A stretch of 64,000 nt of DNA from Candidatus Staskawiczbacteria bacterium (lineage in GTDB: Bacteria > Patescibacteriota > Minisyncoccia > Minisyncoccales > Staskawiczbacteraceae), in contig JBAZUH010000001.1 of NCBI GenBank assembly GCA_041661545.1, positions 83,877 through 147,876 of the forward strand, given 5' to 3'. The notes beneath the pieces were generated by a model. It searched no databases and was not told the DNA's origin. It saw only the letters and a program-made list of their open reading frames with translations. Both the position numbers and the translations under genes were made by a program. Of this stretch, positions 36,479-47,200 are shown piece after piece (positions within the stretch are counted from its first letter, which is position 1; each line of letters opens with the position of its first letter).

Positions 36479-37852
36479 TTATTCTATTGCTTCGGCGCTT
36501 AGGGTAAAGGGGGTAACTGCGGTTATTTTTGCCGTTATAAATTGCCCAATTTTTATTTTATTTTTTGTGTTCTTTGGGTTCACCCGATTAAATAATTTCG
36601 GGTTTCCCGAAATTACCGCTTCGCGGTATTTAATCGGGTAAACTTTTATTGTTCTATAATGTTCATCTTTGCCAAGCCAAAAATCATTTTTTGATTCATT
36701 TATTAAAACAATTGTTGTAGTGCCTATTAATGTTTTATTTTTTTCTAGTGCAGTTTGCTTTAAAACATCTGTTAAAACTTTTTCTCGCCTCTTTTTTTCT
36801 TCTACAGAAACATTATCCTTTAATTTTGCCGCAGTAGTTCCTGCCCTTGAAGAGTATTTGCTTATATACCCTAAATCGTATTTTATTTCACGAAAAAGTT
36901 TAACAGTATTATCAAATTGTGTTTTTGTTTCTCCTGGGAATCCCACAATTATATCTGTAGAAAGGGCAATGTCGGGAATTTTTTCTTTTAATTTTTTAAT
37001 TTTATTTTTATAACTTTCAACAGTGTAATATCTTTTCATTAATTTTAAAATTTTATCATCGCCAGACTGTATAGGTAAATTAAGATATGGTTTTATTTTT
37101 TTGCACGTTGCCATGGCATTAATTAATTCATCAGAAAAATCTTTGGGGTGGCTAGAAGTAAATCTTATCCAAAAATTGCCCGGAATATCGTTTATTAATT
37201 TTAATAATTCTGGGAAGGTAGTTTGACCATCTTTGTAGCTGTTAACATTTTGCCCCAAAAGCCAAATTTCCCTCGCCCCGCGAAGCCTTGGCGAAGTGGG
37301 GTTTGTTAACGCTGTTATTTCTTGTATGATACTCTTTGCTGGCCTAGAAATTTCCCTTTCTCTAACATAGGGCACTACGCAATAAGAGCAAAAATTATTG
37401 CACCCCGTCATTATGGGCACATTGGCCGAAAAGTTACTTTCATATTTTGGGGTAATATCTAAATAGTCTGTTTTATTTCGTATTTTATTTTTGACTCCTA
37501 AAAGCTCGGGAATTCTTTTTATGTCTTTTATATCTAAAACATAATCAAAACCTTCTATAAATATTTTTTTGTCTTTTTTTAAAATGCATCCAGTTAAAAT
37601 AGCTTTTACCTGCCTGCCGGTAGGCAGGGTTTTAGTTCTTTCAGCTTTTAGCTTATCTATTTTTTCAACAAGACTATGTATTCTGTCTACAGCCGATTGC
37701 CTTATAGAACACATTGTAACTAAAATTAAATCTGCCTCGTTTATATTAAGGGTTTTTTTATAATTTAGTTGCTCTAAAACAGCAGCAGCTCTTTCAGAGT
37801 CGCTTATATTCATTTGGCACCCATATACAGCTAAGTAGTATTTCATGACCAT
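36479..37852 (-). CDS. miaB: tRNA-i6A37 methylthiotransferase MiaB (with in-frame palindromic inserts)
   Basis: Radical-SAM CNNFCSYC, UPF0004 N-domain (YGCQMN), TRAM-like C-terminus. Confidence 0.9.
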   Translation of the reverse strand: MVMKYYLAVYGCQMNISDSERAAAVLEQLNYKKTLNINEADLILVTMCSIRQSAVDRIHSLVEKIDKLKAERTKTLPTGRQVKAILTGCILKKDKKIFIEGFDYVLDIKDIKRIPELLGVKNKIRNKTDYLDITPKYESNFSANVPIMTGCNNFCSYCVVPYVREREISRPAKSIIQEITALTNPTSPRLRGAREIWLLGQNVNSYKDGQTTFPELLKLINDIPGNFWIRFTSSHPKDFSDELINAMATCKKIKPYLNLPIQSGDDKILKLMKRYYTVESYKNKIKKLKEKIPDIALSTDIIVGFPGETKTQFDNTVKLFREIKYDLGYISKYSSRAGTTAAKLKDNVSVEEKKRREKVLTDVLKQTALEKNKTLIGTTTIVLINESKNDFWLGKDEHYRTIKVYPIKYREAVISGNPKLFNRVNPKNTKNKIKIGQFITAKITAVTPFTLSAEAIE

Positions 37853-37944
37853 TATTTTACAACATTTTCAAAGCTTTGAAAAGCATTGCTTATTTATCGT
37901 AGTGGGTTTAAAATAGCTTTATATACTTAATTATATTTAATCTT

Positions 37945-39801
37945 ATGTGTGGAATAATTGCTTATTTTGGTAAAAAAGATGTAGCACCCATTTTAATAGA
38001 TGGGCTAAAAAAATTAGAATACAGAGGGTATGACTCTGCTGGAGTTTGTTTGCTTAGCGATGGCAACCTTTACTCAGCAAAAGTTAAAGGCAGGGTTGCA
38101 GATTTGGAAAAAATTGCTTTGAGTTTAAAGTCTTCAAATATTGGAATTGCTCACACAAGGTGGGCAACTCATGGTGAGCCAAGTGAAATTAATGCTCACC
38201 CTCATTTTGATTGTAAAAATGAAATAGCAGTTGTACATAATGGAATTATTGAAAATTATACAACTTTAAAAGAAATTTTAGAAAAAGAGGGCCATAAGTT
38301 TGTTTCAAAAACTGATACAGAAGTTTTAAGCCACTTAATAGAAAAATTTTATTCACCCACCAAAATTTTGTCTGAACAAAATTTAGGCGGGCAAGGCAAC
38401 CTAGAAGAAGCGGTAGTTAAGGCGCTAAAACTTGTGGTGGGAACTTATGGCATAGCTGTTTTGCACAAAAAAGAAAATAAAATTGTAGTAGCTAGATGTG
38501 GCTCGCCAATTGTTTTAGGGGTTGGTGAAGGAGAAAATATTATTGCTTCAGATACTGTGGCAGTTTTGCCATTTACCAAAAAGGTCATTTATTTAAATGA
38601 TAATGAAATGGCTATATTAACTGAAAATAAATACGAAATTAAAAATTTTGACGGACAAGTTGTTGAAAAAGAAATTGACGAAATAAAATGGACTGCTGCT
38701 GAAATTGAGAAAAAGGGGTTTAAGCATTTCATGTTAAAAGAAATTTTTGAACAGCCCGTTTCAATTGAAAACACTTTGCGAGGAAGAATAGACGAACAAT
38801 TAAATGTAAGGCTTACCGTTGATATAGATTTAAATTCAATAAAAAGAGTGCTTATTGTGGCCTGTGGAACATCTTGGCATTCGGCATTAATAGGAGAACA
38901 TTTTATTGAGAAAATTGCTAAAATTCCAGTTAAGGTTGATTATGCTTCTGAATTTAGATATAGAAACCCTATTATTGAAGAGGGAGATTTGGTTATTGCT
39001 ATTTCTCAATCGGGAGAAACAGCCGATACTTTGGCTGCTTTAAGAGAAGCCAAAAATAAAGGTGCTAAAACTTTAGGTATTATAAATGTTGTTGGCTCTA
39101 CCATTGGCAGAGAGGTGGATTCGGGAATTTATTTACATGCAGGCCCAGAAATTGGGGTGGCCAGTACAAAAGCTTTTTCATCTCAGGTAATGGCGTTGCT
39201 TTTGTTTGCTGTATTTATGGCTCAACATAAAAAATTGCCAATTTCTGCTGGCACAGATGGGGAAAAAGAACTTTTTGAAAGTATAAAACTATTGCCCAGC
39301 AAGATTGATGAGGCCTTACATCAAGCAGATAATATATTATCTTTAGCTGAAAAATTTAAGAATAGTAAGAGTTTTATATATTTAGGTAGAGGTTTAAATT
39401 TTCCAGTTGCGTTAGAAGGTGCGTTGAAATTAAAAGAAATTTCTTATATTTATGCAGAAGGTTATCCTGCAGCAGAAATGAAACATGGGCCAATTGCTTT
39501 GGTTGATGAAGAAATGCCAGTTGTATTTTTAGCAACAAAAGATGCCACTTATAGCAAAATTTTAAGCAACATGGAAGAAGTTAAGGCTAGAGGTGGTCAA
39601 ATAATAGCCGTAGTAAATGAAGCTGATAATGATATTTTAAATTTGACTAAAAATATAATAATTGTTCCAAAATGCAAAGAAGAACTAATGCCAATAATAA
39701 ATACAGTTGTTTTGCAACTTTTGGCTTATCATATAGCTAATTTAAAGGGCATAGATGTTGATAAACCAAAAAATCTTGCCAAGTCGGTAACAGTAGAATA
39801 A
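37945..39801 (+). CDS. glmS: Glutamine-fructose-6-phosphate aminotransferase
   Basis: MCGI N-terminus, two SIS domains, C-terminal KSVTVE. Confidence 0.95.
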   Translation: MCGIIAYFGKKDVAPILIDGLKKLEYRGYDSAGVCLLSDGNLYSAKVKGRVADLEKIALSLKSSNIGIAHTRWATHGEPSEINAHPHFDCKNEIAVVHNGIIENYTTLKEILEKEGHKFVSKTDTEVLSHLIEKFYSPTKILSEQNLGGQGNLEEAVVKALKLVVGTYGIAVLHKKENKIVVARCGSPIVLGVGEGENIIASDTVAVLPFTKKVIYLNDNEMAILTENKYEIKNFDGQVVEKEIDEIKWTAAEIEKKGFKHFMLKEIFEQPVSIENTLRGRIDEQLNVRLTVDIDLNSIKRVLIVACGTSWHSALIGEHFIEKIAKIPVKVDYASEFRYRNPIIEEGDLVIAISQSGETADTLAALREAKNKGAKTLGIINVVGSTIGREVDSGIYLHAGPEIGVASTKAFSSQVMALLLFAVFMAQHKKLPISAGTDGEKELFESIKLLPSKIDEALHQADNILSLAEKFKNSKSFIYLGRGLNFPVALEGALKLKEISYIYAEGYPAAEMKHGPIALVDEEMPVVFLATKDATYSKILSNMEEVKARGGQIIAVVNEADNDILNLTKNIIIVPKCKEELMPIINTVVLQLLAYHIANLKGIDVDKPKNLAKSVTVE

Positions 39802-39841
39802 AAGTAATTTAAAAGCCCGCCGATGAGGCGGGCTTTTTGTT

Positions 39842-41479
39842 TTATCTAATTTCGTCTTTTCTTTCTTTAATAAAATATCTCCATTTTTCTATAAATTCTA
39901 CAAGAACAGAAAACGGCATATCGATTAAGGCATTGAAAAAAGAAGTAATAAAATTGTATCTTTTCCATTTGTTAGAAAGCCATCGTCCTAAACCTTGAAC
40001 CGGTAGAAAGAAAATATCTGATAAAAAGCTGAAAAAACCTTCTTTTTCTGGTTCCATAGTAAGTTCTTGAGCTCTTTTGGCAATAGCGGTCCCAGCAAAT
40101 AAAATTAAAGCTATAAATATAATATCTATAATTATGGAGGTGATAGGGAAGTCAAAACGATATAAAACCCAAGATATTGCTCCAAAAGTTATAAAAGCAG
40201 ACAAAACATATGCTAGAGATAAAATAATTTTCATAGCATAGGTCTTTTTTCTGCTGGCTTTTATTTCATAAGTATCAAGAATATCTTTTTTATATGCAAT
40301 TTTCATAACTTCCATAGTAACAATATTTAAGTTCTTTTTTGATGGACGTTTTATGCTAATTACAATTAAAAACATTAAAACAGTTGGTATAATCACATCA
40401 GCAGCTAAAACCGCTGCATTAATTTTATCTCCGAGAGCCTTTTCTATTAATATTTCTATTAAAACTAAAGATAATACTTTAGTCACAAATATTGAAATAG
40501 TAGAATAAATAGCGGCCCTAGAAATTCTAGATTTTAGTGTGCGTAATCTTTTTAAATAAGAATCTCTTATTTTGCTTTCTAAAGTTGAAGGATCTGTAAT
40601 TTCTTTTCCAATACTAACTGCATCGCTAGATCCATCTTGTCCAGATAAAATATCTCCCATTAATAAATATGGTGTATCATATCTTTCACATACAGCATAA
40701 AATTTATTTGCTAATGGATTTATTAAATTGCGTTCTATGTTTCTCCATATTTTAAAAGCATTTTTAGATATAGTTAAAACTATTTGCTCATCAGCTTTTT
40801 CCCAACCAGGATATTTATATCTTAATAAATTATAAACTATCATGGGTTTATCTAATTTAAATAGTGATAAACACGTGGCAATATAAATTTGAACATCAGC
40901 CTCGTCTTTTCTTAAAAGGTTTGATTCAAAAATTTTGTCAGAAACGTTAATTTTGTCTTTCATTGAGAAGAACATATAATCAATTAGTGCCATTTCTTTA
41001 ATAGATGGAGACAGCGTTTCTTCTATTTCGCAAGCAGAAACTTCTATTAACCAATTGTAAAACTGAATACCAGCTTTGCCGGCTTTATTCTCTGGGTTGT
41101 TTTTTAGTATAAAGATATACTTATCAATTACTTTTTGAACCTCTTGGATTTTTGATTCTTCAATTTGGTCGTTTGGAAAAAGTCCGCCTCTTATTAGTTC
41201 TAAAACCAAAGATTCTGCTACGTTTTGTGTTTCGGTAAAATCGTTTAACTCAAAATCAAAAAACTTTCTTTTAAGTTTTCTGATTATAGATGCTCTACGC
41301 ATTAAGTGTTCTTCTTTCCAGTCTACGATGGTTCTTATATGTTCGTAAAATTCAGCAACCTTTTTAGCAACCTCGTCAACGTGTATGGTAGTAACACCAT
41401 CTTTGTGAAGATTTTTTTGTTGCGAAATTCTGTATTGGTTTATTAGTTTTTTTGTTGCCTCAGAAAGTTCATTGGCCAT
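39842..41479 (-). CDS. 545-aa membrane protein of unknown function
   Basis: Soluble N-terminal half and 5-6 TM helices in the C-terminal half. Confidence 0.6.
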   Translation of the reverse strand: MANELSEATKKLINQYRISQQKNLHKDGVTTIHVDEVAKKVAEFYEHIRTIVDWKEEHLMRRASIIRKLKRKFFDFELNDFTETQNVAESLVLELIRGGLFPNDQIEESKIQEVQKVIDKYIFILKNNPENKAGKAGIQFYNWLIEVSACEIEETLSPSIKEMALIDYMFFSMKDKINVSDKIFESNLLRKDEADVQIYIATCLSLFKLDKPMIVYNLLRYKYPGWEKADEQIVLTISKNAFKIWRNIERNLINPLANKFYAVCERYDTPYLLMGDILSGQDGSSDAVSIGKEITDPSTLESKIRDSYLKRLRTLKSRISRAAIYSTISIFVTKVLSLVLIEILIEKALGDKINAAVLAADVIIPTVLMFLIVISIKRPSKKNLNIVTMEVMKIAYKKDILDTYEIKASRKKTYAMKIILSLAYVLSAFITFGAISWVLYRFDFPITSIIIDIIFIALILFAGTAIAKRAQELTMEPEKEGFFSFLSDIFFLPVQGLGRWLSNKWKRYNFITSFFNALIDMPFSVLVEFIEKWRYFIKERKDEIR

Positions 41480-41484
41480 AAAAA

Positions 41485-43230
41485 TTACTTTTTGTTAATA
41501 ATTTTTTCTTTTATTTCTTCAATAAATTTATTTATAGGAAGTTGTCCCTTGTCGCCTTCGCCACGAACGCGAACACTAATTGCATTTGCTTCAATTTCTT
41601 TGTCGCCAATAATTAACAAATAGGGAATTTTTTGCATTTCTGCTGTTCTTATTTTTTTACCCAAGGTTTCATTTTCATCTTTTAACTCTACCCTAATGCC
41701 TTCATTTTGCAATTGTTTTTGTATATTCTTTGAATAATCTAAATGTTTTTCTGAAATAGAAATAACAGCAACTTGAACTGGCGAGAGCCACAATGGAAAT
41801 GCCCCGGCGTAATGTTCTATTAAAAATCCAATAGTTCTTTCATGTGTGCCAAGAGGGGCTCTGTGTATGCAAATGGGGGTTTTTTGTTTACCATCATTGT
41901 CTGCATAGCCCAAGCCAAATCTTTCTGGAACTGCAAAATCAACTTGGTTTGTTGCTAAAGTAAATTCACGCCCAATAGCAGACCAAACTTGAACATCAAT
42001 TTTAGGTCCGTAAAAAGCAGCTTCATTTTTTACTTCAACAAACGGAATTTTTTCTTTTAACATAACATTGCGCACCATAGTTTCTGTTTTTTTCCAAAGT
42101 TTTTCATTGTCAATATATTTTTCGCCTAGGCCAGCCTTAGAATGAGTGCTAAAACGCATTACGTATTTTTCTATGCCAAATATTTTAAAATATTCTAAAT
42201 ATAATTTTATAACAGCTAAAAATTCTTCTGCAAATTGTTCTTCTGTGCAGTAAATATGAGCATCATTCATCTGCATAGATCTTACTCTCATTAATCCAAA
42301 TAATTCTCCGGATTTTTCATAGCGATAGCAGGTGCCGTACTCTGCCAATCTTAAAGGTAAGTCTTTATAGCTTCGTTGTTCGCATCCAAAAATCTCATGA
42401 TGATGAGGACAATTCATTGCTTTTAAATAATATTTAGTTTTTTGCCCATCTTCACTTAAAATCATTGGAGGGAACATTGAATCTGCATAATAGGGCAAAT
42501 GACCAGATGTTTTATACATTATTTCTTTAGCAATATGTGGGGTTTTAACCATAAAGTATCCACCCTTTCTCTCCATGTCTTTGGCTAATTTTTCTAATTC
42601 GTCAATTATTATAGCCCCATTTGGTAGCCATAAGGGGAGCCCTGGGCCAGTCATTTCTGAAAAAGTAAATAGCTTTAAATCTTTTCCCAGTTTTCTGTGG
42701 TCTCTTTTTTCAGCTTCCTCCATCATTTTTAAATAATCAGAAAGTTCTTTTTCAGTTTCAAAGGCCAAACCGTAAATACGAGTTAGCATTTTATTTTTTT
42801 CAGAACCTTTCCAATATGCTCCAGCAATTTTATTTAATTTAAAAGATCCAGGTACAATTTCTTTTGTATTTTTTATGTGAGGCCCCTTGCACAAATCAAC
42901 AAACTCACCACTTGTATAAATGGAAACATTATCTCCGGGCAAGTCTTTTATAAGTTCTAATTTATAAGGCTGAATAGCAAATAATTTTTTAGCTTGACGC
43001 TTAGCAATATTTTTTTTCTCAAATTTAATTTTTTGAGAAATTAATTCTTTCATTTTTTTCTCAATTTTTTCTAAATCTGTTTCTTCTAGTGGTTTTGGTA
43101 ACTGAAAGTCATAGTAAAAACCGTTTTCAATTGCTGGCCCCATGCCTAGTTTTGTTTTTGGCCAAAGCTCTAAAACAGCCGAAGCCATAATGTGTGCTAA
43201 CGAATGTCTAATTTTATCTATATTTTCCAT
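41485..43230 (-). CDS. thrS: Threonyl-tRNA synthetase (no TGS domain)
   Basis: HSLAHIMA second additional domain, class II core, anticodon-binding C-terminus. Confidence 0.95.
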   Translation of the reverse strand: MENIDKIRHSLAHIMASAVLELWPKTKLGMGPAIENGFYYDFQLPKPLEETDLEKIEKKMKELISQKIKFEKKNIAKRQAKKLFAIQPYKLELIKDLPGDNVSIYTSGEFVDLCKGPHIKNTKEIVPGSFKLNKIAGAYWKGSEKNKMLTRIYGLAFETEKELSDYLKMMEEAEKRDHRKLGKDLKLFTFSEMTGPGLPLWLPNGAIIIDELEKLAKDMERKGGYFMVKTPHIAKEIMYKTSGHLPYYADSMFPPMILSEDGQKTKYYLKAMNCPHHHEIFGCEQRSYKDLPLRLAEYGTCYRYEKSGELFGLMRVRSMQMNDAHIYCTEEQFAEEFLAVIKLYLEYFKIFGIEKYVMRFSTHSKAGLGEKYIDNEKLWKKTETMVRNVMLKEKIPFVEVKNEAAFYGPKIDVQVWSAIGREFTLATNQVDFAVPERFGLGYADNDGKQKTPICIHRAPLGTHERTIGFLIEHYAGAFPLWLSPVQVAVISISEKHLDYSKNIQKQLQNEGIRVELKDENETLGKKIRTAEMQKIPYLLIIGDKEIEANAISVRVRGEGDKGQLPINKFIEEIKEKIINKK

Positions 43231-43426
43231 AGTATTAATGTATGTAAATTTATAAACTTATTTAGATAATTCTACCACCTTTATTAATGTAGGTAAAGGA
43301 AAAATTTTAATTGACATATTTTATATAATATTATAAATTTATATTAGTAAACACGGATAAATTTCGTGTTTTTGACAATTCAAGTCCATTTTTGCCGATT
43401 AAGCTATATAAAGGTAGAAAAATATA

Positions 43427-43794
43427 TGAGCAAGAGAAACAGGAGTAGGCCGTCAAAGAATAATCCCAGGACTGGGATAATCAATAAAGGAGCTCGCTAC
43501 TCAGGAGCGAAAATTCACGATATTAAAGCAACAATTCCGAATGAGATTCTTAGTGCTTTAATCCCGACTATCATTACATATGGGGCGGATGTCATTTGTA
43601 CTACTGCTAATTGGAGTGGTTGGACGGAGATTAAGGTGGTTGCACGACCAAAAATCGAAGGATTTACTCATAGTGGAATTGACCGTCGTCATGCCAATCA
43701 GATATTGGTCGCAATGCGCGGGTGGAAGAAGGTTTATGGTAAAGAAGCGCCATTCTCAACGCCATGGCCAATTGTTACAGTCACATATCGGTAA
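43427..43794 (+). CDS. Orphan 122-aa protein with basic N-terminus (cassette D gene 1)
   Basis: ATG at 43427 within track ORF 43366..43794. No motif recognised. Confidence 0.5.
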
Positions 43795-43803
43795 AAAGCG
43801 TCC

Positions 43804-43968
43804 ATGAGAGAAGACAACAGACCCGAAGATATTGATAGCCGAGCTGCTTCAATGTTCGACATAGTTTTAATTTCAGCTGTTCTGGTGGCCATATTTGTAG
43901 TTCTTGGTTCTATTTTATTTCATGAAACATCACCAGAAGGTGACAAGGTTGAATACCGCGCAGAATAG
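43804..43968 (+). CDS. Orphan 54-aa single-TM protein (cassette D gene 2, below the ORF-track cutoff)
   Basis: Manual translation MREDNRPEDIDSRAASMFDIVLISAVLVAIFVVLGSILFHETSPEGDKVEYRAE. Confidence 0.4.
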   Translation: MREDNRPEDIDSRAASMFDIVLISAVLVAIFVVLGSILFHETSPEGDKVEYRAE

Positions 43969-43973
43969 AGAAT

Positions 43974-44189
43974 ATGAGCGATAATAGATGCCCTGGGGAT
44001 GATGACGATGGGATGTCGGGCTTAGATTACCTTATTCGTGCAGTAGAAATTATCATCGGTATCATATGCGTATTCATTATCGGTGGAGTTTTGTATGCTA
44101 CATGGAATTATGCTAATCAGCAGTGCAAAAATAAAAGCTGTTCTCCTGGACAGCAAAATTATTTGCGGATAGTTTTTTGGTGGGATTGA
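43974..44189 (+). CDS. Orphan 71-aa single-TM protein (cassette D gene 3)
   Basis: Acidic N-terminus, TM IIIGIICVFIIGGVLYA, Cys-containing tail. Confidence 0.45.
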   Translation: MSDNRCPGDDDDGMSGLDYLIRAVEIIIGIICVFIIGGVLYATWNYANQQCKNKSCSPGQQNYLRIVFWWD

Positions 44190-44212
44190 TATCCTGCCTC
44201 TTTTTTTACTTA

Positions 44213-44235
44213 AAAAACCGCCAATTGGCGGTTTG
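44213..44235. terminator. Bidirectional terminator (cassette D / dnaE)
   Basis: aaaaaaccgccaattggcggttt. Confidence 0.7.
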
Positions 44236-44242
44236 AGAAATT

Positions 44243-47200
44243 TTATGATTCGCGGTTTACTAATATTTCTTGAACATCGTCAGCTACTATTTTTATTTCT
44301 CCATTTCTGTCATCAACTCTTCCAGCAACAAAAACAATTTTATTTTCCTGCAAAGCTGTGGGGTTTCTTTCTAGCAGGTTGGGGAATATTACAACTTCTG
44401 TTTTGCCAGTTAAATCTTCTACTTTCATAAACAGCATTGGTTGACCTTTTTTTGTTATAATTTTCTTAATATTAGAAATTAGCCCACCAATAATTATTTT
44501 CTTTTCTACAAAAGTCTCGTCTATTTTTGAAATAGCTGTTGTGCGGGCATCAAAAAGTTTTTTAAATCCATTTAAAGGATGGCTACTTACATATAGCCCC
44601 AAAAGCTCTTTTTCCCAGCTTAGTTTTTCAAAATTAGTGGCTGGGGTTGCAGAATCAAGCTTTATATCATTATTGCTTATTTTTACGCTAGCGAAAAGCC
44701 CCATCTGATTAGTATTTTTATTTTTAGTCTTTTCTCTGGCAATTTCAAGCATTCTTTCTAGGTTGCCTAAAAGCTGGTTTCTTTCTGCAAACTCATCAAA
44801 AGCTCCAGACTTAATTAGAGCTTCCATAGATTTCTTATTTAAATCTTTTGATTTTACCCTATGTATAAAGTCACCAATAGACTTAAATGGTCCGGCATTT
44901 TTTCTTTCTTCAACAACGGCATCAATAATATTTACTCCAACATTTTTAATAGCAAGCATGCCAAAGCGAATTTGGTTTTTGCCATCAACAACTGTAAAGT
45001 TTTTTAAACTTTCATTTATGTTTGGTGGCAAAACTTCTACGTTCATTTTTTTGCATTCATCAATTAAGAAAGAAATTCTTTCAACATCATTTCTTTCTGA
45101 TGTTAATACAGAAGCCATAAATTCAACTGGGTAGTGAGCTTTTAAATAAGCAGTTTGATAGGCAATTGTGGCATAAGCTGCTGAATGAGATTTATTAAAA
45201 CCATAAGAAGCAAAAGGTAAAACCCATTGCCATAATTGTTTGGCAATTTTATTTGAAACGCCATTTTTTACTGCTCCATTAATAAATTTTGCTTCTTGAG
45301 CATCAAGCAAGTCTTTAATTTTTTTACCAACAGCTTTACGCAAAACATCAGCTTCGCCCAAAGTAAACCCAGAAATTTCTTGAGCAATTTTCATTAATTG
45401 TTCTTGGTAAATACAAATTCCATAAGTATCTTTTAATATGGGTTCTAGTTTGGGGTGTAAATATTCAATTTTCTGTTTTCCAAATTTTCTTTCAATATAA
45501 TCTGGAATAAATTGCATAGGACCAGGGCGGTATAAAGCCACCATAGCAGTAATGTCTTCAAATTTGTTTGGCTTTAATTCTTTTAAATATCTTTTCATTC
45601 CATCGGATTCTAGTTGAAAAACAGATGTTGTTAAAGCGTCTCTTAAAAGTTGAAAAGTTTTATCGTCGTCATATGGAATTTTATCTAAATTAATTGATAA
45701 TTTATCATGCAAAACATAAATACGTGCTAAGGTGTCTTCTATTATAGTAAGGTTTTTTAAGCCCAAAAAATCCATTTTCAAAAGACCCAAATCTTCAATA
45801 CCATGCATTTCGTATTGAGTAATAATTCCTTCGTCGCCTTCTTTTGGTGGCCTTTGCAAGGGAACAGTATCTGTGAGTGGCTCAGCCGAAATAACAACTC
45901 CGCAAGCATGAGTTGAAGCATGGCGAGCTACGCCTTCAAGTTTTTTGCCCAAATCAATAAGTCTTGTAGCCAGTGGGTCGGTTTCATATTTTTCTTTAAA
46001 CTCGTCAACTTTTTCTAAAGTTTCTGTTAAGTCCATGCCAACTGGAACCATTTTAGCCATTTGGTCGCAATAAGAATAAGTGTATTGCAAAGCTCTACCA
46101 ACATCGCGAAGCACGGCGCGGGCAGCCATTGTTCCAAAAGTTATAATTTGAGCAACATGGTCATGTCCATATTTATCTCCAACATATTTTATAACCTCGT
46201 CTCTTCTTCTGTCAGCAAAATCTAAATCAATGTCGGGCATAGATATTCTTTCTGGATTTAAAAATCTTTCAAAAAGTAAATCATGTTTTAAAGGGTCAAC
46301 ATTTGTAATGCCAGTTAAATAGGCAACAATAGAACCACCAGCAGAACCTCTGCCTGGGCCAACAATAATTCTGTTTTGTTTTGCCCAATTAACAAAATCT
46401 TGAACAATTAAAAAATATCCTGAAAATCCAGTTTTTTCTATAACCGAAATTTCATATTTTAATCTTTCTAATACTTTTTCGTCTGGCTTTTCTCCGTAGC
46501 GTGATTTTACTCCTTGCCAACACAGTTCTTCTAAAAATTGTTCGGCAGTTTTTCCTTCGGGCAGTGGGAAAGTAGGCAGTTTTGTTTTTCCTAGTTCTAT
46601 TTGTAAATTACATTTGTCGGCTATTTTTTGAGTATTTTCAATAGCTTCGGGAGTATCTTTAAAAAACTCTTGCATATCTTCTGGAGAAATCATAGAAAAA
46701 TTATCTTGAGTCATAGATAATCTTTCGGGGTCGTTTATATCAGCTCCTGTATTTATTAACATTAAAACATCTTGAGCTTCTGCGTCTTCTTTTCTTAAAT
46801 AGTGAATATCATTTGTGGCAACCAATGGTATGCCTGTTTTTTTTGAAAGTTCTATTAATTTTTTGTTTGCAGTTATTTGTTCTGGTATATTTGCGTGATG
46901 TTGCAATTCTAAATAAAAATTTCCTTTACCAAAAAACTTCTCATATTTTAAAGCAGTTTCTTCGGCTTCTTCTAATTTGTTTGATAATAGTAATCTAGGA
47001 ATTTTTCCTTGAATGCAAGCAGAAAGCCCAATAAGGCCCTCTGCGTATTTTTCTAAAATTTCTTCATCTATTCTTGGTTTATAATAAAACCCATCAAGGT
47101 GAGCTATTGTTACAAGTTTTATTAAATTTTTATAACCTTGTTCATTTTTTGCCAATAAAATTAAGTGATTTCTTTTTGAGTCTATATTAGAGCGTTTGTC

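Noticed and set aside
37853-37944. glmS ribozyme upstream of glmS
   Set aside because: The 92-nt gap is AT-rich and too short, and it has no conserved ribozyme core.
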